64,000 nucleotides of DNA from Chitinophagaceae bacterium (GTDB taxonomy: Bacteria; Bacteroidota; Bacteroidia; Chitinophagales; UBA10324). Location of the stretch: assembly GCA_947474435.1 (NCBI GenBank), contig CANJII010000015.1, positions 12,321-76,320 of the forward strand, read 5' to 3'. Of this stretch, positions 27,348-36,535 are shown piece by piece. The notes under the pieces are model-generated. The model searched no databases and was not told the DNA's origin. It was given only the letters and a program-made list of their open reading frames with translations. Both the position numbers and the translations under genes were made by a program. Within the stretch, counting starts at the first letter, position 1; the number at the start of each line of letters is the position of its first letter.

Positions 27348-29360
27348 TTATTTCACCACAGTGAGTTTCATATTAAATGTGCTGATAGCATCCGATACTC
27401 GAACCATGTACAATCCGGCTGCAAAATTCTGAACAGAAAGTTTAATTAAATTTTCTCCCTGAATCATTGAAATAGTTTCTGTATTAATTAACCGTCCGGT
27501 CACATCAGTAATCTGAACTGTGTAATTTCCTGATTGAGTTAAATTCAGATTTAAGGTTGCACTTCCTCTTGCAGGATTCGGATAAATCAAAGCTGATTCA
27601 ATGTTATTGATATCAAGATAAGGAGCATAAGTAGTTACTTCATTTGTATTGACTACAACGGCAACATTTGTAACTGAAGGAGTAGTGGCATCAATAGTTA
27701 CAATGGCAGGGTAAGTAATTTTGTTCAGCATCTCAGCATAAACTTTATAAGTGCCATAAGCAATGTTTGCAAAACTGTATTCTCCGTTTGCATCAGAATA
27801 AGTGCTGGCAACAGCTGAATTACTCATATCGAGCAACATGATTTGAACACCTGAAAGCGGATCTCCTTCTGCTTCCATTTTGTTAGCGCCTTGTGAAACC
27901 AAACCACCAATGAAACCAGGACCACCAGGATTTACTCCCTGAATTAAATTAATGCTCACTCCATACTGACTTGGTCCAACATTTACAAACGATGCAGAAC
28001 TCCAGAACAATGAGTTGTTGTAATAAGTAGGAATCAAAGTGGCATAATCAACTGCGCCTGTATCTGCTGCTGCTTTTACTAAGTATGAACCTGCTGCAAG
28101 ATTGGTGAAAATATAACCTGATGAATCAAACATGCTCACTTCATAAGTGCTGATCAGATTCAACGATTGTGTTAATGAGTCATACTGAATCAGGTAAACC
28201 TCAGCGAAATCCATCGGACTGTTATTACCGAATATCATTCCTGCAATAAAATAATTATTGTTAGGTGCACCCAAAGTTAAAGTCATGCAATAGGTATCCT
28301 GACAGGTTCCTGCACTATCGCTGATAGTTAAGCAAATATTCCATGGTCCGTTTGAAGTATAAGTATGAGTGGCGCCTGCTAATCCGGTTGCGCCGGTACC
28401 ATCACCAAAACTCCATTGAGCATTTGTGTAATTTCCGGTTGATGTATTTACAAATGCAACTGTATTTACATTAGCATTATATGAGAAAGATGCATTGCAT
28501 GAACTTGAACCACCATTAACATAAACGCTGTCGCAATAAGTATCAGTACAGAAATTATTAAGTGAATCAACAATAGTTAAACAAACAACATAGCTACCTG
28601 AAGTAGTATATGTATGCGTTGGATTCATTTGATTGGATGTAGAACCATCACCAAAATCCCAGTAATAATTAGTGAATACACCTGATGATGAAGTATTACT
28701 GAAAGTTATTGAATTTCCTGAATTGTTGGCGGCACTAAAACCTGCAGTGCATCCAGTGCTTCCGCCACTGATATAAACATATCCGCAATAAGAACTTGAG
28801 CATCCTGCACTGTCGGTTGTATAAAGACAAACAAGGTAGTAACCCGGATTTACATAAATGTGTGTTGGATTAGCGCCGGTTCCGTTGGAGTTATCACCGA
28901 AATCCCATGCCCATGAATTTGTTCCTGATGATGATGCATCAGTAAAACTAACTAAACTGTCAACTACAGTTGAGGTGAAGTAAGCTGAGCAACCACCACC
29001 ACTTGGGTTCAAATAAATACTGTCGCAGGTAGTAGCAGTACATCCATTGATGGTATCAGTAATAGTTAAACATACATAAATGAAACCACTCGAATTAAAT
29101 TGAACTAACGGATTGTATTGATTTGACATTGTAGTTCCATTATCGAACGACCATAAACAGGTATGTCCAAATGCTGAGTTGGAACTATCATAGAATTGAA
29201 CATTTGTTGTTCCTTGTATTACCGAATATTGAAATCCGGCGCCACAAAGAAATTGTGCGGATGATTTCATTGGTGCAAATGCGAAAAGGGAAATGATGGC
29301 GGCAAGCGAAAAGATTTTCGCGAGTAAGTTTCTCATTGTGGTTGTTTGTTTCATTTTCAT
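27348..29360 (-). CDS. multi-PKD-domain T9SS type-A cargo protein
   Basis: 670 aa. Signal peptide; four F.D.S......W.FGDG..(S/G)....NPTH.Y...G.Y.VCLT modules; CarboxypepD_reg-like segment (SDANGEYSFANIAYGTYKV); C-terminal sorting domain. Confidence 0.8.
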   Translation of the reverse strand: MKMKQTTTMRNLLAKIFSLAAIISLFAFAPMKSSAQFLCGAGFQYSVIQGTTNVQFYDSSNSAFGHTCLWSFDNGTTMSNQYNPLVQFNSSGFIYVCLTITDTINGCTATTCDSIYLNPSGGGCSAYFTSTVVDSLVSFTDASSSGTNSWAWDFGDNSNGTGANPTHIYVNPGYYLVCLYTTDSAGCSSSYCGYVYISGGSTGCTAGFSAANNSGNSITFSNTSSSGVFTNYYWDFGDGSTSNQMNPTHTYTTSGSYVVCLTIVDSLNNFCTDTYCDSVYVNGGSSSCNASFSYNANVNTVAFVNTSTGNYTNAQWSFGDGTGATGLAGATHTYTSNGPWNICLTISDSAGTCQDTYCMTLTLGAPNNNYFIAGMIFGNNSPMDFAEVYLIQYDSLTQSLNLISTYEVSMFDSSGYIFTNLAAGSYLVKAAADTGAVDYATLIPTYYNNSLFWSSASFVNVGPSQYGVSINLIQGVNPGGPGFIGGLVSQGANKMEAEGDPLSGVQIMLLDMSNSAVASTYSDANGEYSFANIAYGTYKVYAEMLNKITYPAIVTIDATTPSVTNVAVVVNTNEVTTYAPYLDINNIESALIYPNPARGSATLNLNLTQSGNYTVQITDVTGRLINTETISMIQGENLIKLSVQNFAAGLYMVRVSDAISTFNMKLTVVK

Positions 29361-29476
29361 TTTACTAAAGTTTAAAAGTAGCGTTTGATTTTTGATTTTG
29401 TATTTGGTTGAAGCTTCAATGCATTCTTATTTCTATACACGAATATTTTTTGTTGAATGGTTGGGTTGAGTATGGT

Positions 29477-31015
29477 TTATTTTTTAATGAAATTGTATCG
29501 GAGACAGACACCTGCACCCATGGTTTGATATTTCTGATTGACAGAATAAGTTTTTTTCAAAACACTGTTCAGATTTTTCCGGTAATCAAATAAAAGAGCA
29601 ACATCAAATTTTTCCGATACAGGAATTGATAATCCGGCGCTTGCATTAATATTAAACACCAAACCTGAAATCATTTTTATATCGCCCGGATTTTCAATTG
29701 CTGTTACACTTTTATTCAGGTAGTATGAATTCCATTTCAATGGAAATGCTGCAGTTGTTCCTGCACCAAATAGAATGTTTATTGTTTTTAAAGGAATGAC
29801 ATAGTTTACTTTCAGCGGAATGCCCAGGTATAAATTTTTTGATACACTGTTTTTTTCAGAAATGGAATTGTTCTGCTGAATATGAATTTGCAATGTATCA
29901 TATCCGTCTGTCGGATTTCCTGCTATTGTATAGCATCTGCCCTTGTTGTCATACTGAATATTCTCGCCAAACCGCAACAAATCAACTCCAGCTAAAATTT
30001 GAAATTGATTAATAGTTTTTCCAACATTGACTTTATAATTAAAAGTATTAATACTTTTCTCATCAGCATTTCTTCTCGAAAGATAGTAGGTATTAAATGT
30101 TTCGCCTGTTGAAATTGAACTTGAATTCTTCATGAAACTGCTTCCAATTTCAATAAACCAGTTTGATTTATTTTCCGGAACAATCGGGTTTGGATTTACT
30201 GAAACAGGTGTTTCAGTTTTTACAATTGCAGCAGTATCAGGTAGAGTTTTAATATCAGAAGAATTAATAATCTCATTATCATGATTTTGATTTTGTGCTG
30301 AGGTGTGTGGTTCGTCGTTTTTCTTTTCACCACTAATTGCTGAATTTGCAGCAAGTGGTATTTCATTTAAAGGTTCGGTTTTTGAAATTGAAATTTCAGT
30401 TTGTGAATTATCTTTTTCATTCTTTGTATCTGTCACAGAATCAGAATTCTTTCCAACAGGATTTTCTTCTATAATTATTTCATTTGAAGAATTATCTGCA
30501 AGTGGGTTTAGAGAATTTTTATTTTCTGATATTGACTTTTCAGAAGTATGTTTTTTTGTAGAACTTGTTTTATTTCCGTTTGATGAATTGTTACTTAGAG
30601 AATTTGAAATTTGATTTGAAGAAGTTGAATTAGAATTAGAATTTGATTTTACAGAAGAAGTTGACGAAGAATTTTTTGTTGTAGAGTTATTTGATTGATG
30701 AGAATTATTTTCTGTTGCAGGTGAAATTGTATTCAACTGAATTTCCTTTTCAGAAATTTTACCTTCAGTTTGAATAATTTTTTCTGATACACCATTGGAA
30801 TTTATTGAAGAGTGATTGAAGAAAACAAAGTATGAAGCCACTGCGCACAACAACACTGTGCCCAGCAAGATCCATAACCCAAATCTGTTGGCTGGTTTTT
30901 TTTCTGCCAGTTTTGTTTCAATTTCATTCCACAACAAATCGTCGGGCGCAAGCTGCTCTTCATTCAGCTTTCGTCTGAACAATCCGTCAATCGGATTTTC
31001 CTTTTTGTTTTTCAT
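29477..31015 (-). CDS. putative anti-sigma-like transmembrane protein with Ser/Asn-rich linker and C-terminal outer-membrane beta-barrel-like domain
   Basis: 512 aa. 4-nt overlap with the ECF sigma gene. N-terminus ...LLWNEIETKLAEKK, then TM FGLWILLGTVLLCAVASYFVFF, then about 200 aa of S/N/T/K low complexity, then about 230 aa with an alternating beta-strand pattern ending ...GAGVCLRYNFIKK. Confidence 0.6.
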   Translation of the reverse strand: MKNKKENPIDGLFRRKLNEEQLAPDDLLWNEIETKLAEKKPANRFGLWILLGTVLLCAVASYFVFFNHSSINSNGVSEKIIQTEGKISEKEIQLNTISPATENNSHQSNNSTTKNSSSTSSVKSNSNSNSTSSNQISNSLSNNSSNGNKTSSTKKHTSEKSISENKNSLNPLADNSSNEIIIEENPVGKNSDSVTDTKNEKDNSQTEISISKTEPLNEIPLAANSAISGEKKNDEPHTSAQNQNHDNEIINSSDIKTLPDTAAIVKTETPVSVNPNPIVPENKSNWFIEIGSSFMKNSSSISTGETFNTYYLSRRNADEKSINTFNYKVNVGKTINQFQILAGVDLLRFGENIQYDNKGRCYTIAGNPTDGYDTLQIHIQQNNSISEKNSVSKNLYLGIPLKVNYVIPLKTINILFGAGTTAAFPLKWNSYYLNKSVTAIENPGDIKMISGLVFNINASAGLSIPVSEKFDVALLFDYRKNLNSVLKKTYSVNQKYQTMGAGVCLRYNFIKK

Positions 31016-31581
31016 GCTACTTTTTCTTGTTTAAAAATTCCACTCAGTTCCTTCATCAGTTTTTTTCGTGCATCACTTACATGCCACTTACTGGTATTTT
31101 CAGAGATGCTGAGCACTGCTGCAATTTCTTTGTGTGTGTATTGGTCAATGGCAAAAAGCGCGAACACTTTGCGTGTTGCTTCGGGTAAATGTTTCAGCAT
31201 GCTCAGTGCCTGCTCGGTACTCATTTGCTTTTCGTAATCATTTATATCTGCTTCATTTTGAAATTCCAATTCCTCACCATCCACAAACTGATGATGCTGA
31301 TTAAAACTTAAATGTTTGCGGTGCTCGTCAATGATGGAGTTAATCATCACTCTTGAAATCCAGGATTCGAAAGGCATTTGTGTTTGATATTTTTCTAAGT
31401 TGCTGAGAATTTTCAAGAACCCTATAGTGAATAGCTCTCTCGCTTCCTCGCTGTTTCGTGCATAGCGACGGCAAATGTTCATGAGGCGGGCGTAGGTTTC
31501 TTTATAAAGCATGTTTTGTGCTCTTCGGTCCTGCTTTATGCAGGCTTTAATCAGTTCGTTATTGATTAAATGTTCCGTCAT
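31012..31581 (-). CDS. ECF-type RNA polymerase sigma-70 factor
   Basis: 189 aa. Region 2 (ELFTIGFLKILSNLEKY..FESWISRVMINSIIDEHRK) and region 4 HTH (THKEIAAVLSISENTSKWHVSDARKKL). Confidence 0.88.
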   Translation of the reverse strand: MTEHLINNELIKACIKQDRRAQNMLYKETYARLMNICRRYARNSEEARELFTIGFLKILSNLEKYQTQMPFESWISRVMINSIIDEHRKHLSFNQHHQFVDGEELEFQNEADINDYEKQMSTEQALSMLKHLPEATRKVFALFAIDQYTHKEIAAVLSISENTSKWHVSDARKKLMKELSGIFKQEKVA

Positions 31582-31585
31582 TCAT

Positions 31586-32503
31586 TTATTTAGCAAACAC
31601 AGTCGTCAATCTTTTTCCTCCGGATTTTACAGTGATAAAATAATTTCCGGCAGCCAGTTCATTCAAATTAAAATAGTAAGTGTTGTTTCCCTTCACTGCC
31701 TTTTCCGAAAATGATTTTACTTCCTGACCTATCATGTTGAATATTTTTATATCGAACATATTTTCTTCATCAGCATATAAAATCACATTGGCAATATCGC
31801 CCGTTGGATTAGGAAAAACCGAAATGGAATTGGAAAGAGCTTCATCAATAATTTTTGTTCCGGGCAATTGCACTTTTAAAATAAATCCGCTGCTCTCTGT
31901 TCGCGTAACCACATTTCCATTGTTATCAAAACCAATCTGCCTGCAAAAATCACATAGTGTTGTTTGTGTTGAATCATCTATCATTTTAAAACATACATCA
32001 AATAAATTATTCGAAGTAAAAACATGATAGGGAAAAACTTCAGATGAAGTATTGCCGTCGCCAAAATTCCATAGCAATGAATTATTTACCAGTCCTGCTG
32101 TATCGAGTTCCAAATAAAAAGTATCGTTGCAGGTGCAGTAATTTGATTTAAACGAAACTGTACAAGTTGGTGGAAGAACCGCTACACAATATTCAGGCCT
32201 CCATATTGAATAAGTTGTCCTGATTGAAATGGTAGTGTCAACTAAAACTGAATCACAATTGTAAAACTGACAAAGAACATTACCTGTTGCCAAATCAAAT
32301 ACCGGAGTAGTGAAATAGCCATTGGAATCTGTTTCATCAAGAATGAAATCGGAAAGATTTTGCGCATTGTAAAAAGCGATTGGAACCACTATTCCATTTG
32401 TGTTTTGCAATTGCCCAGAAATCACCTGCGACTTAACCTGAAATCCTGCAAGTATCAGGAGCAGAATCAGCAGGGGTTTTATTTTTTTTTTCATAATGAA
32501 CAT
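31586..32503 (-). CDS. PKD-like T9SS type-A cargo protein, first gene of the sigma operon
   Basis: 305 aa. Signal peptide; LLWNFGDGNTSSEVFPYHVF PKD motif; C-terminal VFPNPTGDIA...AGNYFITVK. The stop lies 4 nt before the sigma ATG. Confidence 0.75.
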   Translation of the reverse strand: MFIMKKKIKPLLILLLILAGFQVKSQVISGQLQNTNGIVVPIAFYNAQNLSDFILDETDSNGYFTTPVFDLATGNVLCQFYNCDSVLVDTTISIRTTYSIWRPEYCVAVLPPTCTVSFKSNYCTCNDTFYLELDTAGLVNNSLLWNFGDGNTSSEVFPYHVFTSNNLFDVCFKMIDDSTQTTLCDFCRQIGFDNNGNVVTRTESSGFILKVQLPGTKIIDEALSNSISVFPNPTGDIANVILYADEENMFDIKIFNMIGQEVKSFSEKAVKGNNTYYFNLNELAAGNYFITVKSGGKRLTTVFAK

Positions 32504-32669
32504 TTACAATTTGAATGAAACACTTTCTTCAATCACTTACACGAGAAATGGTTTCGGAATGGTTGGGTGGCAGAAGAATTTATTTCTGCTAAAATAAAGG
32601 CGGGAAACGGGAGGAACTATTCAGTCAAAAAATTATCTGACACTTTCAAACAGAAAACACAATTGGATA

Positions 32670-33215
32670 TTACTCGACCGTTGCTTTTTGTTCTGAAGGT
32701 TTTTCTTTTTCACCCCAATATAAAATAATAAGGGCAACTACTCCAATGCTCACATACAAATCAGCAAAGTTGAAAATGCCGGTGCGCAGATTCTGAATAC
32801 CGAGAATCATAAAATCAGTTACACGGCGGTCAAATAAAATGCGGTCAATTATATTTCCCATACCGCCGGCGAGAATTAACGCGAAGCCAAGCAGTTTCAT
32901 CCAGTTCATTCCTTTGGATTTTATAATCACAAATACCAACAATGAAATTAAAAACAAAACAGGAACAACAATAAAAATCCAGAAACTCACTGTATCTGAA
33001 AGTTCATTTCCAAGGCTTAAAAATGCTCCTGTATTCTCAGCATATTTTAAAACAAAAAAGTTATTGAAATAAGAAATTACCTGGCCATCCATCAGGTGTT
33101 CCTTCGCTAAATTCTTTGTCATCTGGTCGCAACCAACAAACGAAGAAACAGCAATGCAGAAGAGAAATATTTTAAGCCAGGGTTTCATTTTGATTTTTAA
33201 TTTATCAAGGTGCAA
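32670..33215 (-). CDS. lspA: lipoprotein signal peptidase II
   Basis: 181 aa, four TM segments. Motifs ENTGAFLSLG, NIIDR and FNFADLYVSIG. Confidence 0.85.
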   Translation of the reverse strand: MHLDKLKIKMKPWLKIFLFCIAVSSFVGCDQMTKNLAKEHLMDGQVISYFNNFFVLKYAENTGAFLSLGNELSDTVSFWIFIVVPVLFLISLLVFVIIKSKGMNWMKLLGFALILAGGMGNIIDRILFDRRVTDFMILGIQNLRTGIFNFADLYVSIGVVALIILYWGEKEKPSEQKATVE

Positions 33216-33247
33216 AGATGAACTAACAATTTAATTAGAAATAATTC

Positions 33248-33286
33248 GCCCTCGTTCAAATAACGAGGGCAAACAATGCCCTCGTT
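33248..33286 (-). terminator. three-arm hairpin region (alternative 9-13 bp stems) between the hypothetical gene and lspA
   Basis: gccctcgtt (33248..33256), aacgagggc (33262..33270), gccctcgtt (33278..33286). The middle arm can pair with either flank. Confidence 0.5.
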
Positions 33287-33312
33287 ATTTTCAGCCATTA
33301 TTAATTGAGAAT

Positions 33313-33834
33313 TTAATTCAATCCCAAAGCCGAACAATAAATTTTTGTAATTGCAGCTTTCAATTGTGTGCCTCTTTTCGAATCTCTGATTTGAATTCGT
33401 TTGGTTGAGTTGGGCAATATTTTATAGTAAGGTCCGGTTAAGTAATCAACCTCAGCGCCTTTTTCATTCAGGTATGAAACCCGCATCTCAATAGATTCCA
33501 TCTGGTAGTCGGTATTGTTTATCACTTTTATATAAGCATTATAAATTCCACCGAACGGCTTCACATCAAATCCATCTGTCACCACCCGCAGGTTGCTGTT
33601 CAGGTTTCTCTTTACAGTTTCAATTTCATTGTCGTACTGCTTGCTGAAATCGTTGGTTTCAATTTGTTTCTCCTTCGAAGCATTCAACTGAATCAGTTCG
33701 TGATATTGCTGTGTGACTGTGTTCAATTCTTCTTTCGTCTTAAAATATTTATAATAGAAAATAATGGCTGCAACCATTGACACGATAGAAATAAATACTG
33801 TTACACTTAATTTTCTGTTCGAAGAGGGTGCCAT
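33313..33834 (-). CDS. hypothetical membrane-anchored protein
   Basis: 173 aa. N-terminal TM VTVFISIVSMVAAIIFYY, a coiled-coil-like segment, then a ~90-aa beta-rich domain. No family recognised. Confidence 0.5.
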   Translation of the reverse strand: MAPSSNRKLSVTVFISIVSMVAAIIFYYKYFKTKEELNTVTQQYHELIQLNASKEKQIETNDFSKQYDNEIETVKRNLNSNLRVVTDGFDVKPFGGIYNAYIKVINNTDYQMESIEMRVSYLNEKGAEVDYLTGPYYKILPNSTKRIQIRDSKRGTQLKAAITKIYCSALGLN

Positions 33835-34070
33835 GAAATATGATTTTTCAATTTTTGTGAAGATACTTTTTTCCTTTCAAACCAGTTTTCTGCCTTTTCA
33901 AAAAATATTTCAAACAATTTTTAAAATATTTTTCAACGAATTTCCAACCCAATAAAACTCAATTTTTCATTGGAGAAATGATGAAATTAAATTCTTAACC
34001 CACTACCGTTTTAAAGCCACTACTAAAATATAAATGGTACTATGTATTGCATAGTTCAAGGTTTTGTATT

Positions 34071-34078
34071 TATATTTG
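34071..34078 (+). promoter_or_regulatory. candidate Bacteroidota -7 box (TAtaTTTG) upstream of padR
   Basis: Matches the TAnnTTTG consensus, 25 nt upstream of ATG 34103. No convincing -33 TTTG at canonical spacing. Confidence 0.3.
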
Positions 34079-34102
34079 CATCGTCAAACAAAATTTCAAA
34101 TC

Positions 34103-34438
34103 ATGGACATCGAGAATACTAAAGCACAGATGCGAAAGGGAATCCTGGAGTTCTGTATTCTCTCCATCATTTACAGCGACGACGAATGCTATGCTTCAGA
34201 AATAATTGAGAAGATGAAGATTGCAAAGTTGCTGGTGGTGGAAGGAACACTGTACCCCATTCTCACTCGCCTCAAAAACGATGGTTACCTCACCTACCAA
34301 TGGGTAGAGAGCAAGAGCGGACCACCACGGAAATACTACAAGCTCACAGGGCTTGGCGAAAAATTTCTGAAAGAATTACAAAAAACCTGGACCGAACTTG
34401 AAGCGGCTGTTTCATTAACCACAAAAAAATCCCATTAA
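34103..34438 (+). CDS. PadR family transcriptional regulator
   Basis: Winged-helix motifs GILEFCILSII...YASEIIEKM...EGTLYPILTRLKNDGYL...GPPRKYYKLTGLG. The internal ATG 34103 (MDIENTK) is preferred over the ORF opening at 34064. Confidence 0.85.
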   Translation: MDIENTKAQMRKGILEFCILSIIYSDDECYASEIIEKMKIAKLLVVEGTLYPILTRLKNDGYLTYQWVESKSGPPRKYYKLTGLGEKFLKELQKTWTELEAAVSLTTKKSH

Positions 34439-34441
34439 GTC

Positions 34442-36094
34442 ATGAACAGAACTATCACCATCAACCTAAGTGGAATTGTTTTCCATATAGATGAGAATGC
34501 TTACGACAAACTGAAGCAATACCTCGAAAAATTAAAAAGTCATTTCAGCTCTATTCAGGGCAACGACGAAATCATTCACGACATTGAAAGCCGGATTGCA
34601 GAAATGTTTTCAGAAAAAATTTCTGACGCAAAAAATGTAATCACGCTCGACGAAGTGAATGCAGTGATTGATGCAATGGGAAATCCGGAAGAAGTTGCAG
34701 GTGAAGAAAAAGCCACAACTACTAATCAATCCACAGAATCAAATTCTTCAACCAATAGTGAAACTTATTATACTCCCAACAAACGGTTTTTCCGCAACCC
34801 CGATGATAAAGTTTTTGGTGGAGTTTGCTCAGGCATTGCCGCTTACTTTGATTTCGACCCTGTTTGGTTGCGTCTGGCGTTTGCACTCAGTTTCTTTTTT
34901 GCCGGAACAGGTTTATTGCTTTACATAATATTATGGGCAATAGTACCTGCTGCAAAAACCACTGCTGAAAAATTACAGATGCGTGGTGAGCGTGTAAACA
35001 TTTCGAACATCGAAAAAAACATTCGTGAAGAAATGGAAGGAGTTAAAGAACAGGTAGAAAACTTTGGAAAAAAAATAAATTCTGATTCAAACAGACAAAA
35101 AATAAAAGAGGGTTCTACTAAAGCAGTTTCATTTGCCGGTGATGTATTCCGTGCTTTTTTTATGGTCATCGGAAAAATAATCGGTTTCATAATCACAGTC
35201 ATCAGCATTGCATTTTTAATAGCTCTCACAATAATTGTTTTCAGTTTTTTCGGAATATTTTCATTTGGATTTCCAGGGGTCTTTACCAGTATGATTTTTT
35301 CACCGGCAGATTCAATCTGGCTCATTACAGGTTCAATTTTGTTAATAGGAATTCCATTTGTGCTGCTGTTATTGAACGGCATAAAAATTCTGTTCTCCTT
35401 TAAACTGAACTTAAAAAAGATTGGATTCGTGATGCTGTTTTTCTGGCTAACAGGAGTTGCGCTCGCCACTTATGAAGGTGTGAAATTGGGAAAAGAATTT
35501 ACTAAGGAAGGAACGGTGCGCGAGCAAAGCATTATCGCTACCACTTCGGATACTTTGGAATTAGTTATCAGTCCGAATAAAGCTGAATGGAAAGAAATGG
35601 AAAATGAATTCAACAGTTTTGATGGTGGAATTTACATTCACGAAAACGAAGATTCCATATACATTAGAACTGTTTGTTTTGATATTCAGCAAAGCAAAAC
35701 AGATTCTGCAGAGCTGGTTATCATTCGCCATTCAAGAGGCTCATCAACCAAGGAAGCACGCGAACTGGCTGGCAACATTGATTATGATTATTCATCAGGT
35801 GGAAATTCAATAACACTTTCTACTATATTAATGATTCTGACCTCAGAAAAATTCAGAGCCCAACATGTAAATGTGATTTTGAAACTGCCTGTCGGTAAAT
35901 CTGTTTTCCTTCCGAAAGATTCAAGAATGATTCTGAATGATGTTCAGAATATAACTGATACTGATGATTATGATATGGCCGGTCACACCTGGACCATGAC
36001 AAAGGATGGTTTGGAATGCAAAGATTTTGCAAATGACCAACCTAAACCACGGAAAAGAATACATGCTATTAATTATGAAATTAATGTAGACTAA
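34442..36094 (+). CDS. PspC-domain membrane protein with large C-terminal extracytoplasmic domain
   Basis: 550 aa. PspC motif FFRNPDDKVFGGVCSGIAAYFDFDPVWLRLAF, several TM helices, and a ~200-aa C-terminal domain. Starts 4 nt after the padR stop. Confidence 0.85.
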   Translation: MNRTITINLSGIVFHIDENAYDKLKQYLEKLKSHFSSIQGNDEIIHDIESRIAEMFSEKISDAKNVITLDEVNAVIDAMGNPEEVAGEEKATTTNQSTESNSSTNSETYYTPNKRFFRNPDDKVFGGVCSGIAAYFDFDPVWLRLAFALSFFFAGTGLLLYIILWAIVPAAKTTAEKLQMRGERVNISNIEKNIREEMEGVKEQVENFGKKINSDSNRQKIKEGSTKAVSFAGDVFRAFFMVIGKIIGFIITVISIAFLIALTIIVFSFFGIFSFGFPGVFTSMIFSPADSIWLITGSILLIGIPFVLLLLNGIKILFSFKLNLKKIGFVMLFFWLTGVALATYEGVKLGKEFTKEGTVREQSIIATTSDTLELVISPNKAEWKEMENEFNSFDGGIYIHENEDSIYIRTVCFDIQQSKTDSAELVIIRHSRGSSTKEARELAGNIDYDYSSGGNSITLSTILMILTSEKFRAQHVNVILKLPVGKSVFLPKDSRMILNDVQNITDTDDYDMAGHTWTMTKDGLECKDFANDQPKPRKRIHAINYEINVD

Positions 36095-36146
36095 AAAATA
36101 ATTTAAAATCACCTGTAACTTTTAATAACCCATCACCGCTTAACTC

Positions 36147-36515
36147 ATGAAACCAACAAAAAAGAATTTCTCTCCAATGAAAAAGTTAACTGCCATTTTC
36201 ATTATTCTCCTCTCAATTGCACCTGCATACACATTCGCACAAACTGCAACTGGTGGAAACAACAAGAAGGCACAAACATCAGAAGTGAAAATAATTTTGG
36301 TAAATAATAACTGTACATCTGAAGTAAAATCTGAAACCAAATCACAAAACATTTTGGATATACTTCAAAAAGAATCAGAAGAAACAGTGATTTATCCGCT
36401 TGTACAATTAGCACACAGAATTCGTGAAAAAGTACAAAGCATGGATAAGAAAAATATGGTTTCGTCAGGCTCTGCCGGTACTGAGGGAGAGGCCGGCGGT
36501 GGTCCATCGAGATGA
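36147..36515 (+). CDS. hypothetical small secreted protein
   Basis: 122 aa. Signal peptide MKKLTAIFIILLSIAPAYTFAQ (from ATG 36177). Followed by a good terminator at 36536..36576. The competing antisense ORF 36202..36552 has no such support. Confidence 0.45.
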   Translation: MKPTKKNFSPMKKLTAIFIILLSIAPAYTFAQTATGGNNKKAQTSEVKIILVNNNCTSEVKSETKSQNILDILQKESEETVIYPLVQLAHRIREKVQSMDKKNMVSSGSAGTEGEAGGGPSR

Positions 36516-36535
36516 TGAGCACGAAACCATCAAAC

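Noticed and set aside
32482-32491. An A10 tract right after the second ATG of the cargo gene that leads the sigma operon, as a possible slipped-strand phase-variation switch.
   Set aside because: Lys-codon A-runs of 8-10 nt are common in this AT-rich genome, including inside housekeeping recJ (about 38743..38751). The tract encodes the normal basic n-region of a signal peptide. There is no evidence of length heterogeneity in a single sequence.
34921-35469. A 182-aa ORF antisense to the PspC-domain gene. Similar long shadow ORFs occur at 3852..4253, 40160..40498, 57815..58132 and 60321..60620.
   Set aside because: Each lies fully inside a well-supported gene on the opposite strand. Each has low-complexity or hydrophobic composition typical of antisense frames in AT-rich DNA, and no start context or recognisable motifs.
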